Shown piece after piece: positions 19,238 to 29,123 of a DNA stretch of 64,000 nucleotides; within the stretch, counting starts at the first letter, position 1; each line of letters starts with the position of its first letter. Source of the DNA: Desulfosudaceae bacterium. Lineage in GTDB: Bacteria > Desulfobacterota > Desulfobacteria > Desulfobacterales > Desulfosudaceae. The DNA is taken from NCBI GenBank assembly GCA_963674745.2, contig CAXXDV010000003.1, positions 320,001 to 384,000 on the forward strand, given 5' to 3'. The position numbers were made by a program, and so were the translations under genes. The notes beneath the pieces were generated by a model. The model did not search any database, had not been told where the DNA came from, and saw only the letters and a program-made list of their open reading frames with translations.

Positions 19238-20998
19238 TTATTCCACGAATACCCGGTGAAGTTCCCATCCGCCTTTGCTGTTTCCATATTTGTCCGTATA
19301 GATGCTGGCGGGGTTGGCCGTACCGATATACAGGCCGGTGTCTTCATCTACGGCTACGGACCGGAATCCGTAATTGGTAAAATTCCCCAGACCATCACGG
19401 GTGACCCGTATGGCTTTTTCGTTGCTCGAGGGGAAGCGCCATAAGTCAGCGCCGTACTCATCCTGGCTGGGCGTCCAGAGCCAGGGGAAATCAAATGTGG
19501 GGAAGGAAAAAAAGTCATTGCCCCAGTAATTCTGTTGCAGATTATCCCAGTCCAGCCAGAGATAGGAATGGTCCATGGTGCCGACGAACAGTTGATCGGC
19601 ATAAACAGCCATGGTCCAGGTATAATTGTTGTAAATATTGCCAAATCCTGACTCACCGTATTTCCCGGCGACACCGCCCATATTGTTAATGCGATAGGTC
19701 CAGTAGCCGAAGAAGCTGTTTGAAACATAAACCGGCAGGGTGCGGTCACCGTAAAGCAACTCCACTTTTTTGTTTTCGCCAAATCCGGAACCACGGAAGA
19801 GTGCCGTGGCTCGCCAGGTATTGAAATAGGTCACGGGAAAATCAAAAAGCCCCATGTTGTAGTGATTGATGAATACCACCGCGGATTTGCCGTGGACATG
19901 CATGGTGCCCCAGTAAAGATATCCGTCAAAAGAGGCCATGGCGCCGACGCCGTATATTGAGGCATTCAGCGGATCAGGCTCATATTCGTCGCTCTGCCAG
20001 ACTTTCGTCCAGCGGTAATAGTCGTTGCCGCTCAGACCGCCGGCCGGTACCACCGGGCTCATCCATATCCCGGCATTGGCCGGATTCTCACCACGGCTGG
20101 GCCAGGTGCCGACAAAAACACGACCGTTGTGCTCGACGATTTCAGCCCCGCCACCGTCCAGGCCCCCTACCTCGACAAAAGAAAACGGATCGGCCTGACT
20201 GCCGGTCCAGCGCAGAACCTTACCCCCGCTGATTTCGTCAGCTACAGCGGCATAAAGGACGCCATTCATAACCAGCCACTTCCGGATATTCTGGTATTGG
20301 GGCAGGGTAGCCGACTTAAGAAAAGCGCCGGTATTGGCGTCAAATACAAACATGTTAATGCCGCTGCCAAGCGCTACTGGACCGCTCAGAAAGACCATAC
20401 CGTCAAAAGCGACCGCGGAGCGCAGGCCGAAGGTCGTCTCCAGGCGCATCCGGTCTGCAATGCCGGTCAGGGAACCGGTTTTATCCGTCAGGGACCGGGT
20501 ATTGATATCATATGTATATATTTTAGGCGGTCTGTAATCACCGAAGACATCCGGAATCGTGTTCATCATTTCAGTGGAGGGATACATGCCCTGTTGATAC
20601 TCACAGGCCCACAGATCGTTTTCATAAGGAGAAACACTGCTCAACAGATCTCCCAGTCCGATTCCACCGGTCTCATCCGTGGTATAGGAACTGAATGCAC
20701 GGACCAGGCAGAGCATGTTGGCGGCAGTGCCGAACCACAGCTTGTCTCCTGCCTTGGTCAGCCCCCAGAGATAGTTCTGATTTGCCTTGGGGCTCTCCCC
20801 CCAACCGTCGCAATCCGGTCCGGGCACATATGAATTACCAAGGCCGTTATAACATTCGTCGACTTCCGCCCTGGCCACCAGTTCATGGTCGAACGACACT
20901 TGTGGCACCTCTGGCGGATGAAATCCCATCCCGAAACCGGGCAGGGTGATCGTGAGACACATCCCCACCGCTAAAAAGATTAAAGTTAATTTTTTCAT
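19238..20998 (-). CDS. Secreted aromatic-rich, putative beta-propeller protein of unknown function
   Basis: RBS then MKKLTLIFLAVG signal peptide; repeated L(W/Y/F)xGT strand motifs (KLWFGT, RVFVGT, YLYWGT, QLFVGT, GLYIGT). Confidence 0.7.
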   Translation of the reverse strand: MKKLTLIFLAVGMCLTITLPGFGMGFHPPEVPQVSFDHELVARAEVDECYNGLGNSYVPGPDCDGWGESPKANQNYLWGLTKAGDKLWFGTAANMLCLVRAFSSYTTDETGGIGLGDLLSSVSPYENDLWACEYQQGMYPSTEMMNTIPDVFGDYRPPKIYTYDINTRSLTDKTGSLTGIADRMRLETTFGLRSAVAFDGMVFLSGPVALGSGINMFVFDANTGAFLKSATLPQYQNIRKWLVMNGVLYAAVADEISGGKVLRWTGSQADPFSFVEVGGLDGGGAEIVEHNGRVFVGTWPSRGENPANAGIWMSPVVPAGGLSGNDYYRWTKVWQSDEYEPDPLNASIYGVGAMASFDGYLYWGTMHVHGKSAVVFINHYNMGLFDFPVTYFNTWRATALFRGSGFGENKKVELLYGDRTLPVYVSNSFFGYWTYRINNMGGVAGKYGESGFGNIYNNYTWTMAVYADQLFVGTMDHSYLWLDWDNLQQNYWGNDFFSFPTFDFPWLWTPSQDEYGADLWRFPSSNEKAIRVTRDGLGNFTNYGFRSVAVDEDTGLYIGTANPASIYTDKYGNSKGGWELHRVFVE

Positions 20999-21149
20999 TT
21001 GGTCCTCTCCTCTGTTGTGTTGTTGATCCCGGGCGCCGTTCTTCCCCCAAAGCATGGCAGCCCTTATTGATATTCCCCAAAATAAAGCTGATGGATTGTT
21101 TATGTCTGTCGTTATAATTTTCGGTACAACTCCCTGAATATTTTTATCG

Positions 21150-21785
21150 TCAGATGCGGCTGCTGATCGATTTCCGTTGCCGGTATAAATTCGAATCCAC
21201 CATCGCCGCCATTTTTTCCACATCCAGCCCGTTGCCCAAAAATGAACTGACTTCTTGGGCTTTGTCCAGCGGGGCGCTCAATATGTCACTGTAATGGACA
21301 TAGATCACGTGAAAGTGGGGCTGCCCCTCGAGCCATCGGTAAGTTGCCGCCAGATATTTTTCATATTTGGCGGCCATGACTTCGTCCGGCACACCCGCTT
21401 CGGTAGTGGTGCCGCGGCGCGCCAGCATTTTTTGTTGGGATGCCAGGATCTCTTCCATATTCCGCTGCATGAAAATTACGTAGTAGAAGATGTCTTTGGG
21501 CAGCATGGGCAGCAGGGCGGATATGGCTTTGATGACCTTCCCTTTTTCCGCCATCAGCCAGGTATCGTCCGCCTCCAATTGTTTGATTTTTTCCAGCTCA
21601 TAATACCCGTTGGGATTGTCTTCATTGGCCTGGCGGATATTGTCGGTGACAACAGGCATACCACCGGCCGCGAGCATGCGCATCATCATGCTGGTGCCGG
21701 AGCGCGGCAAGCCGGAAACCAGGGTGATGGCATCGGAGACCGGCGGTATTTCATAGGGGTCAGACAATTGCGTATTGCTTTTCAA
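21150..21785 (-). CDS. Sulfotransferase family protein
   Basis: 5'-PSB loop SGLPRSGTSMMM; DNPNGYYE; FMQR..EILASQ 3'-phosphate-binding motif. Confidence 0.85.
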   Translation of the reverse strand: MKSNTQLSDPYEIPPVSDAITLVSGLPRSGTSMMMRMLAAGGMPVVTDNIRQANEDNPNGYYELEKIKQLEADDTWLMAEKGKVIKAISALLPMLPKDIFYYVIFMQRNMEEILASQQKMLARRGTTTEAGVPDEVMAAKYEKYLAATYRWLEGQPHFHVIYVHYSDILSAPLDKAQEVSSFLGNGLDVEKMAAMVDSNLYRQRKSISSRI

Positions 21786-22644
21786 CTTTATCCTCCTCGG
21801 TCACGCTCATTAAAAAATTTCTGACATGATGGACAAACTGGTCCGGCAGCCGGGCCGGGAACAGGTGACAGGCTTCAGGGACAACGGTTCTTCGGCAGTT
21901 GGTCATGTTTTCTGACAGGTAATTGCAAACAGGGATCAGCGGAGAATACTGGCCATAAAGGGCCAGGGCAACATGATTTATCTCCTTAATGCATTCTTCG
22001 GTCAACCCGGCGATCTCTTTGATGTCGGTTTTGGCGGTGGTTTCATCCAGAATTTTCAAAATAGCGTCGGCCTTGATCGACAGGCCCTTGCGCATGCCGA
22101 AATCAGACAGATCGTCAACGGCTTTACCCTCGCTCAGCTCTTTCAAACGGTATTCCAGATAGTACATATTAAATCCGTTTAAAATTTCCGGGAGTTTGGG
22201 GTTGATCCGGCGCAGCATCTCCTCGCGCTGTTTGCGATAAGGCCATTTTTCCAGATCAATGAGATGCCGCAAGGCCGGGATGTTGCCCTCGGCCAGAACC
22301 AGTCCGGAGACTTTTTTCGGGTATAGATGGGCCGTGTGCAGGGCGACCAGTCCGCCCAGGCTGTGGCCTACCAGAAAGGCCCGTTCCAGTCCGATGGCAT
22401 CCATCAATGCGGAAAGGTCTCGGGCCAGGTCAAGGGAAGTGTAACCGGTTTCAACGAATTGGCTGTATCCATGACCCCGCATATCGTAAACGGTGACCCG
22501 GAAATCCTGTTTCAGGCTGACCAGGGCTTTATTGGCATACCAGAAGGACATGTTGCCACCCATCCCATGGATGAGTATGACATCGGCCCCTTCTCCTTTT
22601 TGCAGGTAATGATGCTTGATTCCATTAACAGTAACAAACGGCAT
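21760..22644 (-). CDS. Alpha/beta hydrolase (candidate thioesterase)
   Basis: LIHG oxyanion motif, YDMRGHGYS, GHSLGG nucleophile elbow, C-terminal His (ACH). Confidence 0.85.
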   Translation of the reverse strand: MPFVTVNGIKHHYLQKGEGADVILIHGMGGNMSFWYANKALVSLKQDFRVTVYDMRGHGYSQFVETGYTSLDLARDLSALMDAIGLERAFLVGHSLGGLVALHTAHLYPKKVSGLVLAEGNIPALRHLIDLEKWPYRKQREEMLRRINPKLPEILNGFNMYYLEYRLKELSEGKAVDDLSDFGMRKGLSIKADAILKILDETTAKTDIKEIAGLTEECIKEINHVALALYGQYSPLIPVCNYLSENMTNCRRTVVPEACHLFPARLPDQFVHHVRNFLMSVTEEDKVEKQYAIV

Positions 22645-22666
22645 GAATTAACTCCTGTGACAACAT

Positions 22667-24277
22667 TTATGAGATATAACCAAGTCCTTTCAGGCGTTTC
22701 ATGATCAACGCCATATCTTCTTCATCCATTTCCGGCGCGTCGGTGGTTTGCGGCGCCATCGTCGAAGTGGATGGCCCGATAACCAGCGGCCTGGCGGTCA
22801 GGGCTTCAGGGGTCATCATTTCTACCGGCACACGCCCCTCATAATCATCGGGGACGGCCAGCCCCTGGCTGTAAAGCATGGCCGGGGCCACATCGAGAAT
22901 GTTCAAGGGGGGGAGCCACTCCCCGGCCCGGATGCCCGGTCCTCTGGCCATGAATACGCCCATGGGGTAGTGGACACCGACACACTCGGCCCTTGGTTTG
23001 ACGACTTCATCAGATTTGACCGTGGATACCAGGCCGTTATCCCGCAACTGCAGGGTCAGATCAGGTGCCATATCAGAATCGGTGCCGGCAAAAGCTTCTT
23101 CCCGCGTCCATATTTTTTTCACCACCGGTTTTCCGGTGGTCGGATGGGTAAACGAGAGGAGCTGGTCCCGGAGCCGGTTGCGCACGTTATCGTAATCTTC
23201 GGGCCGGATACCGGTATCACTGTTTTTCCCCTTCACATTGATGGTAATACCGTTGCTGCTGGGTGTGTTGACAAAGGCGGTGGTCCGGTCCCAATCCAGC
23301 AAATGGCCATGATTCTTGACCGCTTCCATAGAGACATCACCGGCGTTTTCCGAATCGGTTACCGCCCGGTCGGACCAGGTCAGGTAACCGAGTCGTTCCA
23401 GCAGGGAGTTTAAATAAAAGCATTCCTCGCTGGGACCAAACCCGTGATCGGAAACGATAAAGACGTGGCCTTCAGGTCCGGCCGTTTTGGCCAGCCGTTC
23501 GATCATGACATCCAGTTGCCGATAGTGGGCGAAAAGAATGGATTGAATCCGTTTTTCATCTTCGGACAGGCCGCTGGCATAACAGGCCGGATCAAGCAGC
23601 CGGTAAAATACATGCTGCAGCCGGTCGGTACTGTCCAGCACCAGGGCATAAAGATTACAAGGGCCATTTTCGGCCAGAAAGGACAACACCCTGACCCACT
23701 GATCATCCTTGTACGTGTGGTATTTGATCCAGTTTTCGGATTCTTCCGGAGAACAGCCGGCCACCACTTTTTCTTCCAGGCCGAAATCATGAGCGATGAT
23801 TTTAAGATCGAATCCGGGAATGGTCTTCAGCGTGTCCATCAAATCTTTGGGATGGCAGGCGTGCCGCAGATGACGCCAGGTCACAAATCCCGGAATGCTG
23901 TAGCCGGCAATTGGCAGGGGTGGGGACATGACCGGATAATTGAGGCATACCGAAGACCTTCCCAGGCGGGTCAGCAGCGACCATACGGTTTCACATTTCA
24001 ATTGTTTGGTGCTGACAAAGCGCAAAAAACGGCTGCCCGGAGATTCCGGGCGGAAAAAGTCCAGTATGCCGTGGGCTGCTGGACTGCGTCCGGTCATGAT
24101 TGTCGTCCAGGCCGGCGGGGTGATTGGCGGGATCGTGGACGCAAGTTCAGCCCGGACCCCTTCGGCGGCCAGTTGCCGCAAGAAAGGCATATGGCCGGCT
24201 TCCATCAGCGGGTCCAGGATAGAGAAGGTGGCCCCGTCAAGACCGATGACCATGGTTGTCGGTTTTTTCGAATTCAT
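22667..24277 (-). CDS. Alkaline phosphatase superfamily (type I phosphodiesterase/NPP-like) protein
   Basis: IGLDGA, STIPPITPPAW, DRLQH, VSDHGF, GVH; C-terminal RLKGLGY. Confidence 0.88.
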   Translation of the reverse strand: MNSKKPTTMVIGLDGATFSILDPLMEAGHMPFLRQLAAEGVRAELASTIPPITPPAWTTIMTGRSPAAHGILDFFRPESPGSRFLRFVSTKQLKCETVWSLLTRLGRSSVCLNYPVMSPPLPIAGYSIPGFVTWRHLRHACHPKDLMDTLKTIPGFDLKIIAHDFGLEEKVVAGCSPEESENWIKYHTYKDDQWVRVLSFLAENGPCNLYALVLDSTDRLQHVFYRLLDPACYASGLSEDEKRIQSILFAHYRQLDVMIERLAKTAGPEGHVFIVSDHGFGPSEECFYLNSLLERLGYLTWSDRAVTDSENAGDVSMEAVKNHGHLLDWDRTTAFVNTPSSNGITINVKGKNSDTGIRPEDYDNVRNRLRDQLLSFTHPTTGKPVVKKIWTREEAFAGTDSDMAPDLTLQLRDNGLVSTVKSDEVVKPRAECVGVHYPMGVFMARGPGIRAGEWLPPLNILDVAPAMLYSQGLAVPDDYEGRVPVEMMTPEALTARPLVIGPSTSTMAPQTTDAPEMDEEDMALIMKRLKGLGYIS

Positions 24278-24576
24278 TATATCGCCTCGCTTTGCGTGAC
24301 AAAATTAATATCTATAAAATCCACCAGATCAGCGACCCGGATGTCTGTTATCTCCTGCTGGGCCAGTTCCGTGAAGTATTCCGTAAATGGAAAAGTTTGA
24401 CCGTAATGCTCTTCTAAAAACTCTCCCAGAACGACCACATCAATGGACTCCATCCCCAGATCTCCCAGCAGATAGGTTTCCAGGGTGATTTCATCGGAAA
24501 ATTCCCAGTCCTCTCCGACCTTTTCAAGGGTGTCGAGGATATCGTTAAAGATGGTTGCTTTATCCGGTTTGATCAT
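24277..24576 (-). CDS. Free-standing acyl carrier protein
   Basis: Acidic 99 aa protein; DLGMESID Ppant-serine motif. Confidence 0.9.
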   Translation of the reverse strand: MIKPDKATIFNDILDTLEKVGEDWEFSDEITLETYLLGDLGMESIDVVVLGEFLEEHYGQTFPFTEYFTELAQQEITDIRVADLVDFIDINFVTQSEAI

Positions 24577-24578
24577 TT

Positions 24579-27500
24579 CTATCCAACCTCCTGTTTTCGT
24601 AGTTGTTTGATTGGCAATATCCGGGCCGATACGAAATCGTCCGTATGGGAAACGGACACGGCGACCTGCTGCTCCAGGCTGGGGACGAGGCGGCTTTGTG
24701 GTATCAGGTTGCCTCGCCGGTCGTCGTAAAGCGTGATGTCAGCAGGCGCCACGGCTCTCCCGCGGTTTTCCCGGAGAAAAACACGGACCGCGTCTTTGGC
24801 GGCAATACGTTCGCTCAACCAGCGTCCGATCAGGTCGTTCTGCCGTAGTCTTTCCCGGAAGAGCGGACGTTCGTCGGCGTTCAAATAAAGGTATCCGATG
24901 GCTTTCTGCCATATGGTCTTGTCCAATTGATCATAGCAGGGAACGGTGCACTTTATTTGACGGGCAACGGATGTTTCATCGGAAACCGTGCTGCTGATTG
25001 TATGCTGAAGGGGAAACCGGTAGAACCGGTAAAGCTCTCCGGGCAGGTCAAATCGCCGGTGCGTCCAGCCGGTAACCCGGGCCCATGCCCGGCCGCTTTC
25101 ATTAAAGATAACCAGATCTGACCGGACAAACTGATGGCTGATATCACGGATGCGCATCCGGCACCAGAGCCATTGTCCCGGTCGGGGCGGGCGGGTGAAT
25201 AAAACGATTTCCTTCACACCGGCCGGAAAGGTGATAAAGCGGTCCGATAAAGCCTCCTGTGCCCAGTATCCGGTAAGCTGGGCGCAGGCATCCAGCAGCA
25301 GCGGATTGATCAGAAAAGCCTGTCGATTATTTTCGCTGAACAAGTCATGATTGCCCGGGGCCTGAAGCAGGGCGATGATTTCATTCTGGTCTGTTCGCGT
25401 CAGGGCGTTGACGATCTGGAAACGGCGGCCATGCGTCATCAGTTTTTGAACATACATCTGCCCGGCCCTTTCCGCGGCCTGAGGTGTCGTCAGTTCGGCC
25501 GGGACCGGCTCCGGCGGCATCGTTTCGGGATAATCAGCCGCATAGAGGACCCGGGCCTCGGTCGATGGGGTTCGGCCGGCCTCACGGTTGAACAGCCTCA
25601 CGACGGCTTCGTCTTTTGCGATCAACCGGGCTTCGGCCGCCAGATGAACGCCTTTTTCCTCGTCCACTTCTATCCAGCGGTTGGCTTTCACGTCCCTGAT
25701 GCCGATCGGTGTTTTACCGGAAAACAGGAAGGCCGCGGCCTCTATCATTACTTCCATGTTCAGGGTAAGCGGGGTAATGATCAGCGGGAAAAGCCGGTTG
25801 TCGACCTGGGAAATATCACCCCCGAATGGATGATCCAGCAGAAAAACATCATGGTTCAAGTCGATATGCCGTTCGGTATGTAATCGCTGGCCGGCTTCCA
25901 GGACGGTCATCCTGTCTACCATCGGCCAGGGGGCTTTCGAGCCGGACTGATCGTTCCGGGCATTCGTCCGGTCGTGACCCGTCAGGCCCATTGTCATTTC
26001 CTTCTGCAGGTCCAGAAATCTGGCCATGGTGTCCATGTATTTTTCCATGGCGCGTGTTCTGGATTTCTTCGTCCGGTCTGCCGGTCTGGATTTTTCCGCC
26101 CGGTTTGCCGGTATGTCGCAAAACGCCGTCGGCGTAATCTTTTCGCGCCATGTCGCCAGCGTCGTTTCATCCCATTGCAGCTCCGGAAGCCCCAGGTCCA
26201 GGTCGACCAAGGCAGTTGATTTTTCAGGTACGGATTCTGACTGCTCAGGCACGACAGACCTGTCGTCCACTGTCAGAAGATCCAGCGCCAGGTCCACATG
26301 CTGGGCCGCCAGCATTCCCAGCAGATGACACAACTGCGCGGTTCCGGAACGCCGGCTGGTGTTGGCCGGGACTGTCATCACGGATTTTCCGCGCAGGATA
26401 TCATCGACAAATCCGCACAGGTTGTTGCCCGGCCCGACCTCGATGAAAATCCGGGCGCCGTCCTGAAACATGGCTTCCACCGTCTCCCGGAAGCGTAACT
26501 GGTGTAACCAGTACCCGACCATCAGTTCGAGAATGTCATTGCGTTCCCTGGGATAGAGGGCAGCAGTTACCGGGGAATAAACCGGAACGCGGGCGGATTT
26601 AATCTGCAAAGCGGAAAAAGCCGCTTCCAGAGGGCTGGCCTGATGGGTTGCCATAGGGGTATGATGCACTTCCCGGGAAGGCAGGTCCGTGAATAAGAGG
26701 CGGGATTTCTTGAGAGATGACCGCAGCCGGTCCATGGCCCCGGTTTCTCCGACCACGACCACCTGGTGCGGACAGTTATCGTTTGATATGTGAATATCCC
26801 CTGCTATATCGTCCAGCAAAGGTTTTACTTTTTTGACACTGGCGGAGACCGCCACCATGGACGTGTCGGGTGTTTCTCCCCGATCTTCATAGATGGCGGC
26901 GATCCGTTCCTGATGGCGATACAGGTCCTGCTTGTCCAGAATTCCGGAAGCAATCCAGGCGCTGTATTCGCCGGCGCTGTGGCCGACTATCATGTCCGGG
27001 GCAACACCAAAGCGATACAACAGGTCGTTCATGGCCAGGCTTGATGACAGTATGGCCTGCAAACCGCTGTCCACTTTCCAGAATTCGGCTTCCAGCGAAT
27101 CATACTCTTCCCGGGACAGCAGGGTAGCGGGAAAAATAAACTGGCTGGGCAGGTACCGGCTTTTCTTGTTGCGGTCGGCAACCGTCATGTTTATTTCGTC
27201 AAAGGCGTCCCGGACCGGCGGGAAATGCAGGCACAGATCCATCATCATGTTGGTGTAGGCGGCCCCTTCGCCCGGAAACATGAAAGCAACTTTGCCTGTT
27301 TTAGCCAGTGGTTTTTCGAAGTAATAAATTCCCTTGATATCTTTTATTTTTCTGCAATTGGGCGCCTTCAGGCGGGTCACGGCATATTCCAGTTTTCTGG
27401 CCAGGTCATCTGCGGACTCGGCAATGACGGCCAGTCGTTGTGCTTCAGGGGTAAAATTTCTCAGCAGCGTCCGGGACAGGGCTCTCCAGTCAAATCCTTC

Positions 27501-29114
27501 TTTTTCCTGTATCTTCGTCAAAACCTGCCGGCAGGCCGTTACCAGGCCGGCCCGGGAAACATCGGCAAAAAGGAACAGGGCGACATCCCAGTCCGGACCG
27601 CGTGATGTCATCTTCCGGCAGGCAGCAGCCACCGGTTCGGTGTTTCCGGTTGTCGTCGATTTCGGGGCTTTTTTGGTCGGTTCCCGGTATTCTTCAAGCA
27701 CCACGTGGGCGTTGACGCCGCCGAAGCCAAAGGCGTTGACGCCCGCCCGGCGGGGTATGTACGGGGAGATACGGATCCATGGACGGGTTTCGGTGTTGAT
27801 ATAAAAAGGCGTATTTTCCAGATTGAATTTCGGGTTGGGTGTATCGCAATTCAATGTCGGCGGCAGAACTTTATGATGAAGCGCCAGAACCGTTTTGATC
27901 AGGCTGGCGATACCCGCCGCCGGCATGGCATGGCCGATCATGGACTTGACCGCTCCCAGCGCGCAGTGACGGGCGGCACCGTCGGCCTTTTTCCCGAACA
28001 CCGTGGCCAGGGACTGGATTTCCGCGGCATCGCCAACACTGGTGGCCGTGCCGTGGGCCTCGATCAGCCCGATCGTTCTGGGGGGGATCCCTGATGCCTG
28101 GTAAGCGCGTTCCAGAGCCAGTATCTCTCCCTCAACCCGCGGTGCGGCCACGCTGATGCCCCGGCCGTCGCTGGAACTGCCCACCCCGCGAATCACGGCA
28201 AAAATGCGGTTGCCGTCCCTTTTCGCGTCGGCCGTCCGTTTCAGAACGACGATACCGACGCCTTCGCCCGGCAGCATGCCGTCGGCTTCTGTGTCAAAAG
28301 GGCGGATTCGCCCCTGTTTGGACATGGCGCCCAGGGTACAGAAAACATTCAGAAAGGGGATGTTGTTGAAAATATGGACGCCGCCCGCCAGTGCCAGGTC
28401 GCTGCGTCCGGACAGAATCGCGGAAACAGCCGCGTCCACGGCAAACAAAGATGAGGCGCAGGCCGCGTCGATGATGTAGTTCGGCCCCATCAGGCCCAGC
28501 CGGTTGGCCACCCGGCCGGCGGTAATGTTGGGCATGACCGATGGTGCCGTTTCCGCTTCAAACGGTTTTAACGAGATCAGCAGGTTGTCCTTGAGTTCGT
28601 CGCCGGCACCGGGCGGCAGGTCCGGATGCAGTTGTTCCACCAGGCGCACGGTCTGGTCGACGATGAAGGTGCGCTGCAACAGGTTGAAGGCACCGGTACT
28701 CAAATAACTGCCTCTTCCCAGAATAAATGCCGTATTCTCATGGTCCGGGCCACCCGGTGCGATGCCGGCATGGCGCAGGGCCTGGTCCGCGGTTTTTAAT
28801 ACCAGAAATTGATCGGGTTCGCCGCCATTGACCGCCTTGGGCATGATACCGAACTCGGCCGCATTGAAACGAAAGGGGGAGTCCAGGTATCCGCCCCGTT
28901 TGGCATATACTTTGTCCCGGTCGTTAAAATCCGGATCGTAGAAACGCTCGGTGTCCCATCGGTCCGTTGGGGCATCGGTTACGGCATCGACCTTATGAAT
29001 GATATTGTGCCAGAACGTTTCCAGGTCGGGTGCCCGGGGAAAACGGCAGGCCATACCGATCACAGCCACGGTATCGTCAATATTTTCGGGTTTTATCTGA
29101 TAATCTGAATTCAT
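24579..29114 (-). CDS. Type I PKS: KS-AT-DH plus partial PPTase-like C-terminus
   Basis: KS DAACASS/HGTAT/GHAM; AT GHSAG; DH LLDHPFG...LLDACAQ; terminal RIAAKDAVR...VSVSHT. Confidence 0.9.
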   Translation of the reverse strand: MNSDYQIKPENIDDTVAVIGMACRFPRAPDLETFWHNIIHKVDAVTDAPTDRWDTERFYDPDFNDRDKVYAKRGGYLDSPFRFNAAEFGIMPKAVNGGEPDQFLVLKTADQALRHAGIAPGGPDHENTAFILGRGSYLSTGAFNLLQRTFIVDQTVRLVEQLHPDLPPGAGDELKDNLLISLKPFEAETAPSVMPNITAGRVANRLGLMGPNYIIDAACASSLFAVDAAVSAILSGRSDLALAGGVHIFNNIPFLNVFCTLGAMSKQGRIRPFDTEADGMLPGEGVGIVVLKRTADAKRDGNRIFAVIRGVGSSSDGRGISVAAPRVEGEILALERAYQASGIPPRTIGLIEAHGTATSVGDAAEIQSLATVFGKKADGAARHCALGAVKSMIGHAMPAAGIASLIKTVLALHHKVLPPTLNCDTPNPKFNLENTPFYINTETRPWIRISPYIPRRAGVNAFGFGGVNAHVVLEEYREPTKKAPKSTTTGNTEPVAAACRKMTSRGPDWDVALFLFADVSRAGLVTACRQVLTKIQEKEGFDWRALSRTLLRNFTPEAQRLAVIAESADDLARKLEYAVTRLKAPNCRKIKDIKGIYYFEKPLAKTGKVAFMFPGEGAAYTNMMMDLCLHFPPVRDAFDEINMTVADRNKKSRYLPSQFIFPATLLSREEYDSLEAEFWKVDSGLQAILSSSLAMNDLLYRFGVAPDMIVGHSAGEYSAWIASGILDKQDLYRHQERIAAIYEDRGETPDTSMVAVSASVKKVKPLLDDIAGDIHISNDNCPHQVVVVGETGAMDRLRSSLKKSRLLFTDLPSREVHHTPMATHQASPLEAAFSALQIKSARVPVYSPVTAALYPRERNDILELMVGYWLHQLRFRETVEAMFQDGARIFIEVGPGNNLCGFVDDILRGKSVMTVPANTSRRSGTAQLCHLLGMLAAQHVDLALDLLTVDDRSVVPEQSESVPEKSTALVDLDLGLPELQWDETTLATWREKITPTAFCDIPANRAEKSRPADRTKKSRTRAMEKYMDTMARFLDLQKEMTMGLTGHDRTNARNDQSGSKAPWPMVDRMTVLEAGQRLHTERHIDLNHDVFLLDHPFGGDISQVDNRLFPLIITPLTLNMEVMIEAAAFLFSGKTPIGIRDVKANRWIEVDEEKGVHLAAEARLIAKDEAVVRLFNREAGRTPSTEARVLYAADYPETMPPEPVPAELTTPQAAERAGQMYVQKLMTHGRRFQIVNALTRTDQNEIIALLQAPGNHDLFSENNRQAFLINPLLLDACAQLTGYWAQEALSDRFITFPAGVKEIVLFTRPPRPGQWLWCRMRIRDISHQFVRSDLVIFNESGRAWARVTGWTHRRFDLPGELYRFYRFPLQHTISSTVSDETSVARQIKCTVPCYDQLDKTIWQKAIGYLYLNADERPLFRERLRQNDLIGRWLSERIAAKDAVRVFLRENRGRAVAPADITLYDDRRGNLIPQSRLVPSLEQQVAVSVSHTDDFVSARILPIKQLRKQEVG

Positions 29115-29123
29115 TATAGCCTT

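Noticed and set aside
24579..24581. Amber readthrough completing the PKS2 PPTase
   Set aside because: TAG is followed by AAA TGA, so there is no extension
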